DNA of 63,258 nt, the filler included, from Sphacelaria rigidula (Eukaryota), in the NCBI GenBank assembly GCA_964200075.2. It is 11 parts of 11 records of this genome, joined end to end, with 100 filler letters (N's around TTAATTAATTAA, not from the genome) between each part and the next. Parts side by side here need not be neighbours in the genome. Positions count along the whole stretch, not along the records: positions 1 to 5,661 come from CAXNAA020025470.1; positions 5,762 to 11,421 come from CAXNAA020025471.1; positions 11,522 to 17,181 come from CAXNAA020025472.1; 8 more parts are not named here. One strand, given 5' to 3'. The notes beneath the pieces are model-generated. The model saw nothing but the letters and a program-made list of their open reading frames with translations. It was not told the origin of the DNA and did no database searches. A program made the position numbers and the translations under genes. This document shows, in pieces, positions 1 through 12,946 of the stretch. Position 1 is the first letter of the stretch. Every line of letters starts with the position of its first letter.

Positions 1-47
1 CGAGGTCGATGGTCTTATGACTATGGCATGCATGATCATGAGTACAC

Positions 48-536
48 CCAAGGTATATACGTGTGCTCATACCTGTAATCGGGTACGTCTACAACGGTAT
101 ACCCTAACCCCGGGTACGGTATGGGAGGCTTACACAAGAACCGCACCGGCAATCGAGTATTTCTTTAAGAGCATACCCGCGCTCCGGGTACGGGTAAACA
201 TTCTGTACAGAACTCACAGAACTGTTGGGTAAGGGTACGGGAGGCTTACAGAACTCACAGAAACTATCGGGTAGGGCATGGAGGTAGCGCAGAAAACTGT
301 ACCCGCAATCGGGTATCTTATCAAGAGCATACCCGTGCCCCCCCGGTAACGGTACGGAAGTCTTACAGAGATCACATAACTATCGGGTAAGGGTGTGAAG
401 GTCTTACAGAGATCATAGAACTGTCGGGTACCGGTATGGAAATCTTACAAGAGTCACAGAATTGTCCGGTACGGTGAATACCCGGCAACATACCCCGGGT
501 ATACAGAAAACCGTACCCTACAGAACACAGCCTTGG
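48..536. repeat. Non-coding repetitive element built of degenerate ~40-bp units (GGGTAcGG..CTTACAGAaCTCACAGAA)
   Basis: Motifs cttacagaactcacagaa / cttacagagatca and atcgggta recur many times between ~120 and 470; short ccaagg/ccttgg ends. Confidence 0.55.
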
Positions 537-984
537 TATATTCATTTATTCGTGTATATGTATACTGCTGCTGCATTCCGGGAGAAACCACCAAGACGAG
601 ATGTTTGTCAGCCAGGTGACCTCGGGTAATCATCGCTATTAAAGAAGAATGTTGCTGATGAGGGTAATACCTAAAGTACAGTACTCCCTCTGTGCCATGA
701 GTGTAGTCTTTCACGGGTGGCAGATAGTGTTTCCCCAATGGAGATGCTCACGATGCTCTAGTAGTCGGGTTTGTTGAAAGAACAATCATGGTCCTCGTCG
801 AAAAATAATAACGATTCAAACGTACGAATTATCATTATTCCACTGAGAAAGTTGGGGGTGAAATTCGGGGAGTTTTGGAGCGTCAATGTGGAGCGGGCCG
901 GGGTACGCTGTACACGTGCAGGCGGCACCATCCTGCCCTTCTTTCGTGCCGGATTCTTCCTTGGCATGGGACCTAGGGGCGGCC

Positions 985-1500
985 AAAACGTCCACGGGTC
1001 GGACGAATCAATGATTCGTCTGAAAGTTACTTGATTTTAGTGTGATTGATTCGTACCGTACGAACAAATCCTTGGGCTTTGTTTTCAGCGTTGCAACTCA
1101 GGTACGCGCAGCCCAGGCACACGGAATCGCGCAAAAGTTGCGTGGAAACATTTTTGACCATCGGTGGGCTTTTTCTCTCTCCTTCGAGCAATCAGGCCTG
1201 AAAAAATTGTGGATTTGGTGATTCGAACCGGCGATAATTCGTCCGAACCGTGAAAACATCCGAGGCTACTTATGTTTGTAGTACGGAAAAATCTCTCCAA
1301 AAAGCCTTTTTTGGCGATTCAGCGGATTGTGCCACCTCAGAAATACTTGTCGCTGCACTCTCTTCGAGGGTTCTAGCGTACTCTTCCAATCTCTAGTGCG
1401 ACCAGTTTGACCTTACGCCGGGCGAACGTTTTCTCAAGCAACCCCGAAATCGTACTATCTTGTTTTACTGATACCACTACCATTTTCGAACCCGTGGTCA
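985..1500. repeat. Dispersed repeat, probable non-autonomous TIR element
   Basis: 1075-1250 is clearly homologous to 28802-28975 (ggctttgttttcagcgttgcaac...ggatttggtgattcgaacc). Weak inverted ends ccacgggtcg / cgaacccgtgg. Confidence 0.45.
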
Positions 1501-1889
1501 CAGACGTAGGCTTCGCCTTTCCAGTACCGTCACCACTATCCCTTGCATGAGATAGAAGCGCTCATCGAGCGGCTTCGTCTGAGACTCCGAAAACAAAGCA
1601 AAATTAAGACAAATCAACAAGAGATGGACCCCGAGGAAACAAAAGATAACCCCCCCCCCCTCCGAGTTGGTCGCAGTGTAGTAAAACAAACAAATCAGGC
1701 CTGTCAAAGGAGAAAATACATGAAATAGAGACCGAGGGAGAATCAAACAACATCCCACGGTACCCACGGAAAAACAAACATCAAAGTTTTCATGAAGACG
1801 GCAGACACACGAGCAAGTATACTACTTGATGGGCTACGCGATATGAATTAGCGACCTTTGATAGACACAGAGGAAACTCTCGTAGTAGG

Positions 1890-3385
1890 ACAGCGAAAAG
1901 TTCATGTGCATGGCGCTCGTTGCTCTAATAATCTGCCATGCGCTTCTTAGCCCCTTCCTCTACGACCCGTACCACCCGGAATCATCTTGCGCAAATTGCG
2001 TGCACAATGTCGCGTCTATTCCGAAGGTAGAGTAGTACTCTGGGACACCACGGTGTTGCAAGCGTTTCGCAGATTGGCCTGCCTTCTTCTCCCCTCCCAC
2101 CATTTCTCCACGCACGACGATGTCGGGGAGGCGCTCGTCGTGCTTGCGCGCGACGTGGCCGGCACGTAGTACGGTTTGCCTCGATACGGGTACCCTCGAT
2201 GCAATCGCAGCCAGTTCTCTCGAGAGTCTGGCGGTAGGCATCATGGGGTAGTGAGGGGCGCTGTGGGTCAAGGTATGCTCGTCGAAGCACCTCAACAGTA
2301 GCCCGCGGTGGGCTTTGCGCAACGGACTGGAATGATTGGATGAAAACATTAAGATCATGCAGCCGTCAAGCATTATTTCAGTCACTTCTGCCCCAGGAAA
2401 ACGAACATTTTCGGCCAGGGGAATGTACGCGTTGTCGTCTATCGGTCTGCTGTGCTTGACGAAGCACTTCCAGGCCTAGCCATTGCCACGGTTGACGTCA
2501 GTGGTGATATCACCGGTGCTGTTGATGGCACCGCAGAGATAGACGAAAATACCCCACTTGCTTGCACGTTTGGCCTGCTGCCCCCACCTCAATTACATCC
2601 GCTTTCATATTTGGGGAGCGTATGTGTATGGTTACCGTCTTCTTTCTCGCCACGACGAGACCGGACGCCGCACAGACCTCGACGATGACGGTGATAATCT
2701 TTGTCAGGCTTATCTGAGGTCACGACGCGATGCCAGGGTCGTCGGCGTGCATGGCCCGAAGCAACTCGCAAAGCACGTTCCTGGTGTTCCCACGCCTGGC
2801 AGCGATGCGAATGAAGTCATTCACCGCAGCCTTACTGATCGAGAAGCGGTCCAACGTCACCCTCACCAATACCGCGAAGAAGATGCTGAACACGTGGGCA
2901 ATCACAATCACACAGCCTTGGCAGAGGCCCTGGGTAACGTCATTATACTCTGAAGTCTCGCCGCTGTCAAGGCGCCCGCACGCCCGCGTGTCATCGTGGA
3001 ACTGGCTGATGATGGAACTCATCTGGACGGGGACGCCGTATCGTGCGAGCACCTTCCAGAGAAGAGTGTGGTCAACTGAGTCGCACGTCTTCCGGAGGTC
3101 GATGAAGCACATGTACAGCGGAACATTCTCGTCTCTGGCCAGTTTTTGAAGTCTGCGCATAGCGTACATTGTCATGTCGACGTTCGACCGGCGGGGTCGG
3201 AAACCGCGCTGAGCTTCTGGGAGGGCTCTCTCCCACTCGCAATATTCACCAAGGCGAATCGTTGCTATCTTGAGAACCACCTTGCCCTCGTGGGACCCTA
3301 GGAAGATGCCGCAGTATTGGCTACATTTGTCGGAGTCCTTTTTCTTGAACGGCACCGTGAGAACAGCGTCTTTGTATTCGTTGGT
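1890..3385 (-). mobile_element. RTE-clade LINE reverse transcriptase remnant (frameshifted)
   Basis: LPEAQRGFRPRRS, LYMCFIDLRKTCDSVD, GLCQGCVI, degenerate YADD (HADD), C-terminal AGHVARKHDERLP; split across frames. Confidence 0.92.
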
Positions 3386-4259
3386 AATCCTACGAAAGGG
3401 GAGGGGGGGTATTTTCGGGCCGTTCCTCCCGCGAAATTCCCCTTCGAATCGCCGTCGAAAGTAGCAACCACCTGTTGTTCGAACGCGTTTGTTACCGATA
3501 GATATCACTCACTAATTCCGCTTGACACGGGTTTCCCCAAATGCGAGCGTGCCGCGAGTGTGTTGGGTCGTCGCACACACCTACGAGTCCATTTTTTCGT
3601 GAAATCGCCCACCCCCCCCCCCTCATCGTTGCCTAGTATGGACAGAAAGCCAACAGACGAGAGGTAAAAGAAATAGGCGGGGTAGGAAGTTGTACAAATA
3701 ACAGCCGACCATCGAAATTGAGGATGGAGCTTTTCATTGAGGATGAGAACCCGGAGGATTAAAATCTTCGTAGAGTCATCCTACGATATGGGGGGGGGGG
3801 AGGGGGGGGTATTTAATTGCACGAAAAAAGAGGCTCCGATGAACCACACCCTCGTGGAAGGGGGGAGCGGCCCAAGGCACCTACGGCTAGGGGCGAACGT
3901 CGGAACAAGAGGCATGACAGGGACTCAGTAGATGACAGGATAAAGTCTGCACCGATAGATTCTACTACACCAGAGTACAGCCCGAACATACGCATAGATA
4001 TGACGGAACTCATCGTCGTTTTTCGCATTAACCAGAACAACACAGCCCGGATATAGACACGAAATAGGGGGAAAAACGGTTATATTTCCCCATCTCTAAG
4101 CGGAAAACAACCGAGATTGCCACATTCCATGCATCAGCAGCAACAGTTTCACTTGAATGTGATCCACCGCTGCATCATCCGCCACTCCGCTTCATATCCC
4201 ATCGTTCGCTTGCCACTGACAGAACAGCCGGGGTCAACGGTCTCACCAACGAGGACAAC

Positions 4260-5075
4260 GTGGGCCTCGGTGCAAGTTTATCTGCCTCTGCCTCCGCACC
4301 AATAATACCGCCCCTCGATTTGGCCTCGTTTGCGGACATGGGCTTCATCACCTTCGACGATGAGAAAGTTATGGAGTATGCCGAGGCAGTGCGATATAGC
4401 CCGCTCGAGCGCGACAACGCTGACCGCACACCAATACCACCCCTGGAGATGACCTCGTCCGCTGACGTGGGCATCATCACCTTCGACGATGAGGTATTCA
4501 CGAGGTATGCCGAGGTAGTGCGAGCCAGCTCGTGCGTGGTGCTACGGTAGGGGTGCACAAATAATCTCCGAGGTTTGAGTTGTTAAAAGCGCCCAATTTC
4601 ATTCAGAAAACGACTTATGAAATATGCGAGAGCACACTACGGGCTAGCGATATCCCGAATGAATTCGGAAACGGGAATGCCCTGATCCATACTCTTGTGT
4701 GGCTCCTTACTTTGTAGGTCCCAAAATAAGCAAGGTTAAGACCCAAATGTGCAACCCCTACCGTAGCATGACTCTCGTTCGAAACCCACATCGGCAGCAC
4801 AGACGATACCCTCGTGGGTGGTAATTGCGCTCCCAGTGCCCCCAGCACCAACGCCGACGATGCTTTGTGATCTCCGTTCACCCGCCCCCCCTATCCACGC
4901 ACTCGGCAGAGGGTACGGTTCCACCGCGACAGTACCGCGTGGTGCAGGCGGAACATTTGACGAGAAGGCAATAACGGTTGATCCCGATGACATGGTCGAG
5001 GTTTCCGAGACTGCACCGACTGTTTTCGACTGGGCCGAGCACTCCAGCGACCGCGCGATGCTTCGTTCTCCATAG
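4260..5075 (+). pseudogene. Unknown GC-rich coding-like segment with internal ~120-bp duplication, interrupted by a MITE
   Basis: IPPLDLASFADMGFITFDDEKVMEYAEAVR repeated as IPPLEMTSSADVGIITFDDEVFTRYAEVVR; coding-like sequence resumes after 4768. Confidence 0.3.
4540..4768. mobile_element. MITE (229 bp), TIR TGCTACGGTAGGGGTGCACA
   Basis: tgctacggtaggggtgcaca (4540) vs tgtgcaacccctaccgtagca (ends 4768); the same terminus recurs at ~51883-51901. Confidence 0.8.
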
Positions 5076-5574
5076 TGAGATCCTTCGCGGAGTGCAGTTG
5101 CTGGTTAACGAATTTGAAAAATCTTCTAGGTACCGTGTAATTGGATTGTTAATTGCTTCTCTACTCCCACAACTGTTCTCCTTTAGTTAGGTGAACTATG
5201 TTTGTACAGGCCCTTACCCGCGTCCGACTCATTTTTCGTTTTTTTTCATCATTTTTTTCAGTTGAACCCCATTCTTTTGTTTCACCCACCTTCATTTCCA
5301 CCAAGCGACCGGGCGACCGAAATGTTTGAGCCGGCCCGAAAACGACTGTATTTCACCCGCATCACGGGGGCTGAAAAACGTTGGAAAAATAGTAAATAAC
5401 TAAATACTGCAATACTGTAGTAAGCCGTCCTCGTCGTGACTGGGGCTTGTTGCTAGATAGTCTCAAGCCGTTTTGAAGGCCTCCTCATCGTACTTTACCA
5501 CCCTTTCCGACGCCCTCGCCCTCTGCCGGGCCCTTACCCCGGTATTCCCTTTTATTCTCCCCCTGTACCCCCGG

Positions 5575-5661
5575 GCGATACCACAGAACAAAGCAACTCA
5601 TGGTTGGCTGTCATCCAAATGCAAGATAATCAGTAAGCTTTGGGCCGAACAATCTTGGCAG
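5575..5661 (+). repeat. High-copy repeat matching the sequence 5' of the RTE LINE ORF (further copies 14140-14280, 16990-17181, 40330-40480 rev, 44200-44370 rev)
   Basis: Shared gcaactca..gtcatccaaatgcaagataatcagtaggcttcgggccgaacaatcttggcag; at 14140-14280 it directly precedes the LINE endonuclease. Confidence 0.75.
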
Positions 5662-5761
5662 NNNNNNNNNNNNNNNNNNNNNNNNNNNNNNNNNNNNNNN
5701 NNNNNTTAATTAATTAANNNNNNNNNNNNNNNNNNNNNNNNNNNNNNNNNNNNNNNNNNNN
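5662..5761. other. Artificial contig linker (N44-TTAATTAATTAA-N44); identical linkers at 11422-11521, 17182-17281, 22942-23041, 28702-28801, 34462-34561, 40222-40321, 45982-46081, 51741-51840, 57500-57599
   Basis: Ten identical 100-bp N blocks with a six-frame stop spacer. The intervening segments are 5661/5660/5659 bp in descending order, i.e. size-sorted concatenated contigs. Confidence 0.98.
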
Positions 5762-5959
5762 GAAGATTTTAATCCTCCGGGTTCTCATCCTCAATGAAAA
5801 GCACCATCCTCAACATAGATGATCGGCTGTTTTGAAGTGAGATGCGTAGTACTTTGAAGAACATTCTTCGAACTAGTTTCACCGCATAGGCTGTATCGCT
5901 GAGACAGAAGGGAGAAGGCATGACCTCACAACTCGGCCAGAAGAAAAGCTGTCACTGAC

Positions 5960-6121
5960 CTCCCCCCCAGACGGCCTCGTTCTCTGTGAAAGTGGATCCT
6001 TCGAAAGAAGCCACCGCAATAGTACAGTATATTCCACCCCCCGATCCAGTCTTGGCTTTGTTACTGTTGAAGTTCGTCGCTCCCTCTGCTACAATTGAAG
6101 AGCTATGCACGACGATGGCAC
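5960..6121 (-). CDS. Exon of a polymorphic-membrane-protein/adhesin-like beta-helix repeat protein
   Basis: GAIVVHSSSIVAEGATNFNSNKAKTGSGGGIYCTIAVASFEGSTFTENEAVWGG (FxxN and GG(A/G)I motifs), bounded by AG and GT. Confidence 0.7.
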
Positions 6122-6423
6122 CTTGCGAAGCGAAAGGGCAGTTTACAAGGCGAAGCGACGAAGTAAGGGCGGGGGGTGCAGTATCTTCGGGGCGGTTTTG
6201 TCTTCGCCACATAAAAGTTACGCATCTAGATAACCTACAATACAGAGCGAAAACGCCCCACACAAAAGCGTGTGCTCGGTAAGCACAGTGCGTACTCGAG
6301 CTTTCGTTCAGCAAACGAAGCGAACCGCATGATCGAGCGCTAGTAGTTCCGTAACGCTGCATCCAGGAGGGGGTGGGGATTCCGTCGGCGACCCCAGATA
6401 GGAAGATTCGAAGCGAATGTTTG

Positions 6424-6628
6424 TGTAATGCGTAAGGGGACCGCGTGCTTAGAGGACCGCACCGTAGTTCAAAACACCGCAGGATCGACGTTTTTCAAAA
6501 CCCATCGAGCCAGTCCCTGGAGGTATCATGCCCCTGACCATAACCATAACCATAACCATAACCCTAACCATAGAGAAATTCAAATTCCGATGCGGTCCTC
6601 TAAGCGCGCGGTCCTCTCACGCATTACA
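6424..6628. mobile_element. TGT...ACA MITE with internal telomere-like hexamer tract (copy 1)
   Basis: ~35-bp TIR tgtaatgcgt..gaccgcgtgcttagaggaccgc / gcggtcctctaagc.cgcggtcctctcacgcattaca; internal (taacca/taaccc)n. Confidence 0.85.
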
Positions 6629-6909
6629 ATTTGTTCCCTGCTGTTTCTCGCGTGAGCTGTAGTGGGCCGTACTTATGCACTGCCTCTGGAAACGACAATA
6701 CCGAGAGCACTGCACGACACCGGACTGTTCCCTGACAAATATGGTTTCGGTGTGTAACGGGGATCACTTGACACCGCCCGCCCGCTCATACGGCCGCCAT
6801 CCAGGTGTAGATTTCGTTACATTTAGCCTCCATGACACAATACGCTCGACGTTCGTTGTAACTCTACTAAGAACGTCGTCAGGACTCGAGGGAGAGTTCA
6901 CGCTTTTTG

Positions 6910-8287
6910 CCAGACATCTCGTGTGGTGACAATGCCCATGCCTTGGCCTCTGTTCAGCATGGAAGACTCTTCACTGCTCAGCTTGTTATTACCAGACAGG
7001 CCGGCGAAGGGCCAAGTCATGGCACACTTCACTGTTTCATGCGTGTTGACCTGTGCTACGACGCGGTCCATTTTTTGGGTTCCCGGCTCAATCAACAACT
7101 CCATCAACTGAATTCTGAAGTCGGTTCAGATGATGTTCATCCCATAAGATTTCGCAGTGTGCATGTTCGCTGTATTCCTTGAACAACAAGCGACACAACA
7201 GCGGGGTGGAGAATACGACAAGTGTCGTAGTTTATCGTGTTACTCTCGTGGGTCAGCCTCATCCAGATCCGCAGTCTCGTGAGACATGTGAGACGAGGAA
7301 GTCAGCACCACCACGGCTGTGGGCAAAATACACCAGCCCTCAGTGTCGCTGACTGGTGTTGTTGCGTCATCCCCGAGAAGCACTAACCCTACCTCCCGAA
7401 GGGGAACCTCGTAGCATATGCCAACGTACATAAGTGCGTGGTCCACACTAATAACAGTACAATATCCGAGAGAATTCCAACTTCAACAGGGTAGGGAAGG
7501 TTAGGGAAGAGGGGATGCGGAGAGTGTCAGGACGTCATAAGTTCCACTGATCTCCCTTGCGGGAACCCAAAAGGCGTTCGATATTTCGGAATTGGTCAAA
7601 GTACTGCGCGATGGATTTGAGGTGGCGTCATCGAGTTCGACGTTGTCGGGACCCACGACATCCTGATACCCTCCGCATCCCCTCTTCCCTAACCTTCCCT
7701 ACCCTGTTGAAGTTGGAATTCTCTCGGATATTGTACTGTTATTAGTGTGGACCACGCACTCATGTACGGTGGCATATGCTACGAGGTTCCCCTTCGGGAG
7801 GTAGGGTTAGTGCTTCTCGGGGATGACGCAACAACACCAGTAAGCGGCACTGAGGGCTGGTGTACCTTGCCCACAGTCGTGGTGGTGCTGACTTCCTCGT
7901 CTCACATGTTTCACGAGACTGCGGATCTGGATGAGGCTTAACGACGAGAGTATCACAGTAAACTACGACACTTGTCGTATCCTGCACCTCGCTGTTGTGC
8001 TGCTTGTTGTTCAAGGAATACAGCGAACATGCACGCTGCGAAATCTTATGGGATGAACACCATCTGAACCGACTTCAGAATTCAGTTGATGGAGTTGTTG
8101 ATTGAGCCGGGAACCCAAAAAAATGGACCGTGTCGTAGCACAGGTCAACACGCATGAAACAGTGAAGTGTGCCATGACGTGGCCCTTCGCCGGCCTGTCT
8201 GGTAATTACAAGCTGAGCAGTGAAGAGTCTTCCATGCTGGACAGAGGCCAAGGCATGGTCATCGTCACCAGACGAGAAGGTGTCTGG
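6910..8287. repeat. Long inverted repeat (foldback): arms ~6910-7536 and ~7657-8287, ~120-bp spacer
   Basis: Arms are near-identical reverse complements, seen also as mirrored ORFs (6898-7107- vs 8102-8434+; 7240-7446- vs 7747-7941+). Confidence 0.92.
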
Positions 8288-9499
8288 GATGCGTCATTTC
8301 CAGATTACCGTAGCGAGGACATACTTCCCCATGTGACCCAAAATATGAATCCCAAAGCAAAGTTCACTCGAGGGGAGGTAGCCCAAACTTCAGGAGTGCC
8401 AACGCGTCGACACTACGCCCATCCAGGACACTAGTCCTTTAATGAGTGTTGCTTTCAACTTACCACCCTTGTTCGGAGACCTTTGGCGGCCCTGAATCGG
8501 ATGGACACGACTTTATCAACAAGTGGGCGACACATGCCGCGGGGGGGAAGAAAGAAAGAAAAGCTTCAAAAAGGAGCGCGTTCTTCACGTCATAACGGCT
8601 ACACAGGTGACGAAGTTACTTTGTGGGGCTCGTGGAGAAAAGGTTTTTCAGGGTGTGAAGAGGCTGCTGGTATTAATCCACACGGTTAGTTAAACACCAA
8701 AGACTTGGGGTTGAAGTTCAGATTGAGATTGGATGATGTCTTAACGCTCGTACACAAATTCATTTCGTGATTTCGGTGATTGAGTAGAAATGAGTCGCTT
8801 GGTGTGTATACTGTTCTCCAGCGGTTGCGTAGTCCTCCTGTGTTTAGTGGTGAAAAATAGTCATGGACGAACATTTCTCTAAGTGCCTAGAGGAGTTGCC
8901 TACTCCTCCTGCGAATAGGGTGTAGGCAATGGGGACTACACGCACTTGTGGCTTGAATTCATGAGTTGGATTTGATTCTGGAATTTTGTCGGGAATCGTT
9001 CAATACATCATGATTGGCTTCGTTGAATTTCGAGTGAGGATTTGTTGAAGAGAGCGAATGCGGATAGAACCGCCGGCAATCAAAATTGAGGATGAAGCTT
9101 GTCATTGAGGATGACCGGGAAAATTCAAACTTGCGTATGCGCACCATGGCTTGGGGACATGGCTGCCTTCCTTCACCCGCTGGTAGCTAATGACAACTAC
9201 TACACGCCATACAAACTTTAATTTCCGACAATCGAAATTTTGAACGGGTCACTGGGATTCCCCAGAATAGTATTGTCACCCACGACCCCCAAGTTTTGGT
9301 TATCGGAATCCAGGTTTGTATGATGTGTAGTACTTATCAAAAGCTACCAGTAGGGGAAATAATACAACTATATTTCGAAGAATCAGTGTTGTTCCTTTTT
9401 AAAGTTATGGAGGCATTGTACTGGCATTATAATTCATCATCCGCGGCGTCAATTGAAGACGGTCATACTCTAAGGCCTAAAATATGCTGAGACGAAAGA

Positions 9500-9960
9500 G
9501 GGCGGACGTCCTTGGAAGAGAGGTCTCCACACCAGCACGGATACCTGGCGCTACAGACCAGCTTTCGCGCGTCTGACAGCCGGATGGGAAAGGATGCCTA
9601 TCACTACGAATGCAGGAAGCGTTCATTGCACGATATGTATTCGCGCAAGTGTAAGTTGACACGGTGTGTTTCCAGTGCCATAACCACGAGTACTGTAGAA
9701 CTGACTGTACGATGCGAGCCACGGCTCGACAGGGCTAGAATACCCGCGATCCATTCGTGCAAAAAAAAAAAAATGCAACTCGCGCTCTGTTCTACTATGG
9801 AACCAAGTGAAAACTCTGCACAAGGGTGATCACACGCCTGCCAGAGAAAGGTGGAAGTCTTCACGTGGGAGCACACCACGGAAGAATATCTGATTGATTC
9901 TGATAGAAGAAAGCTACAGCAACTGTTCCTGTCATTTTCAGACCGTCGTGGTAACGCCCA
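9500..9960 (+). mobile_element. Possible decayed MULE/FAR1-type transposase N-terminus
   Basis: HGYLALQTS...YHYECRK...SRKCK followed in another frame by CHNH, loosely like the FAR1 C-C-HxH finger; heavily disrupted. Confidence 0.25.
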
Positions 9961-12778
9961 AGCTAGGTCTGGCACTGTGAGGGAGGAGATGTTGCCCCAT
10001 GCCCGAGCAGGTCCGCAGTGGTCCTTGACAGAAGACACTCATCTCCTTGGCTGCGTTGTGGGGCCGCGTCTTGCTCGGCACGGCGTAAAAAGCTCAGGGG
10101 TATCTGCCTCAAACACACGGAGAACCTAAACTAGCGGTTTTTTCCGGCCTTGGTGCCAGCCTCGACCAACAGGGGGGCAATGTAAACAACAAGGATGGCA
10201 AGATCTACTCTTGTCTCGGCGCGGATTTCATACCGTTACCCTCTAGAACTGTCATCAGAAAGTGTTCTTGTTTTCGGAATCACTACAGCATCGTGCATAA
10301 TCACCCTTTCAAGCCACGCAGCGCACTAAACGCCCTGGTTCACCGAAACTGCTGCGTCAACACCTACCTGCGGCTTCAGTCCACACATACGTCAAGTTTC
10401 AGTATCACCAGACGCGTGGTGTACTATGTGTTGGGGCGCCTAATCTCCAAAAATACCGCCTCCATAGAATTGAAAAGGAATGACACTGGAATAGGTGTGG
10501 ACACGAATATTTGTTTTCATGGGTTTTCATCCTCAACGAAAGTCTCCATCCTCAATAATCGGCTATTATTTTTGGGTTTTATCTCTTTTTTCGGGACGTG
10601 ACTGTGCAATATGATAACGGGGATGTTTCAGTGTGAACAATACGCCACAACACCTACACATTGTCGGATGACACGCCAAATAGTGAGGGAAGAAATGCAC
10701 CTCGTTGAAGCTGGCTGTGTCTGAATAACCACCTTACTCGCGACTGTCATTGCCAGTAGTTCGCTTGTACTCTCCACGACATGCGCCGCCTGCTGCTGTG
10801 TTGATGTGTATTTTATCAACAGCACATAGCTTTTTTTGAATTACTCGATTCTACGTTCATGAAGTTGAGTCTCGTACGTACCGCTGTATATTTCGTACGA
10901 CGTTCCTATTTCTTCTGCACCTCGGCTCAGATACACCCCTGCTGCTCTCCAGTGTTGTATCTGTACTTTCAACACCCCCGCTCGTCATGACATATGACGG
11001 ATTCCGACATGTACTCAAGGCGATCGTATCGCGGAATACGTCCCTGAGTAGTAGAGTCAGTTTGTGCGTATTTTGGCAGGGTGATTGCACCTAACACACG
11101 TATCGGCGAATAAATAGACATGACTGGTCACGAACCAACGAAGTTTTATCGTACCGCGCACGAACACCGCGTGAAAAAACTCTATGCCCGTGGAGAAATG
11201 TGTGTCCAAAGCCGTTCTTGACGTTTGGGATAATTCGAGGGTCGTATTGTGCATCATGAAAACAATTGGCATGGATTTTGACCTCAAAGAGGGATAATAT
11301 CGCAATCACAGAGTCATCCTACCAGAGGCGGAGGGGGTAAGGAGAGGGTGAGGAGGGGGGGGGGAGGGGGGGGGGGGGTACTGGTTTGGTGCTTGCGTTG
11401 GTTATTTGACCATTGGCAAAGNNNNNNNNNNNNNNNNNNNNNNNNNNNNNNNNNNNNNNNNNNNNTTAATTAATTAANNNNNNNNNNNNNNNNNNNNNNN
11501 NNNNNNNNNNNNNNNNNNNNNACTAAGGCAAGCAACAAATGAGTATCCCTCCCCCCTCCCCCCCCTACTCCTTATAGAGCCACCTTCATGAGGAGTAGAG
11601 GAGGGGACGGTGCTCCGTCTCGAAAGGGATGCCTTGCCAATGGTGGAACGACTAAGGCAAGCAACAAATGAGTACCCCCCCCCCCGCCGCCGCCTCTTTA
11701 TTTTAGGCTTTCGGGGTCGTCCTCATAGCCATTGGTTCCGCCGTGTGCTTACCTCTGGCACTACCCTACCTACTGTGCTTTCATCTTGTAACCACGTCTA
11801 GCGTAATAACCAATGACCATAATGTAAGGTAACCAATCACTCAACCAATCACTCAACCGAGTTACTTGGAAGGGCGTGTTCACTGCCCACGGGTCTGAAC
11901 CGCGAGGGGGGGAGGGGGGGGAGGTTCATGCGCTGATAAACAAAAGAAACTGACCAGCAGCGAGCGGAACCAAGAGACGAACGATGACGTGCCCGGGTCT
12001 CAAGTGGAACCAGTCACTGGTCACTCCGCCCATCCCAACGCCACCTCCAGGTCCAAAAGCATCGTGACCGTTGTTGTGGACCGTACCCGGGGCGATGGGT
12101 AGCGATGCGTGAGGGTGTTGCCTACTGGCCTATTTACAGCAGGACGACGAGGAAAATAGGTATACAAATACGGAGGGCGGGAAAAACGAAAGGATACGTG
12201 AAGCGTGCGTGCTTTCTGTGCATACAGTGGGGTCCCACTACGCTGCGGTCCCACGTAGTGCGGGGTCACACACCACAGTGCGGTCGAAATCACCCTGCCA
12301 CAAGTCCAATCTACTCTTGATTGATTGATTGATTGTCGCACTTATACTACACTATTGTCAAGTGATCGCACTATAACAGCATAGAGCATGCGAGGCTGGC
12401 AGCTCACCGCATTATGCTTGGGCCCCCACCGTGTGTATGTGAATATACACGGTCTGTGCTCTTCTGAAAGAAATAGCAACAACACGGTCGGCAACTTTCT
12501 TTTCATGCTATCCCCTCCTCCTGCCCTTCCGCACTATATCACAGTGGGATCTCGAGCCTCTCCTGTTCTCTTTTCAGAGGTAGAATCCAAGTGGCTGTGT
12601 ATAGTGTTAATTTTCACACCACACGCGATGAGTACACCCATTATACCATCGTGGCACTGTCCCTCTTCGCTTCCGCAGACATAAGCGGACGCCGAGTGGC
12701 TACGCAGTTCAAGATCAAGACCCTGTATTCCCCTCCCACTGCGACATGAACAGCAGCAGCGTTACCGAACACACGTAC

Positions 12779-12946
12779 CTCTGTTAGACGGCGGAGCATT
12801 TCAGATACAGCCTCCGCCACCATGGCAGGCTTTTCTCCTTGCACTAGGGCCACGCGGTCGTGCGTGCCCGGGAAAAATTCGTCTTTCTGGGACAGCTTCA
12901 CGCGAGTGCCCGTACTCGTCTGCAACTGGCTGATGATACGTCCTCC
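12779..12946 (-). CDS. KH-domain RNA-binding protein (Nova/BTR1-like), exon with second half of KH1
   Basis: TAG|GGRIISQLQTSTGTRVKLSQKDEFFPGTHDRVALVQGEKPAMVAEAVSEMLRRLTE|GTACGT; phase 0, joins the upstream exon ending IGK. Confidence 0.88.
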
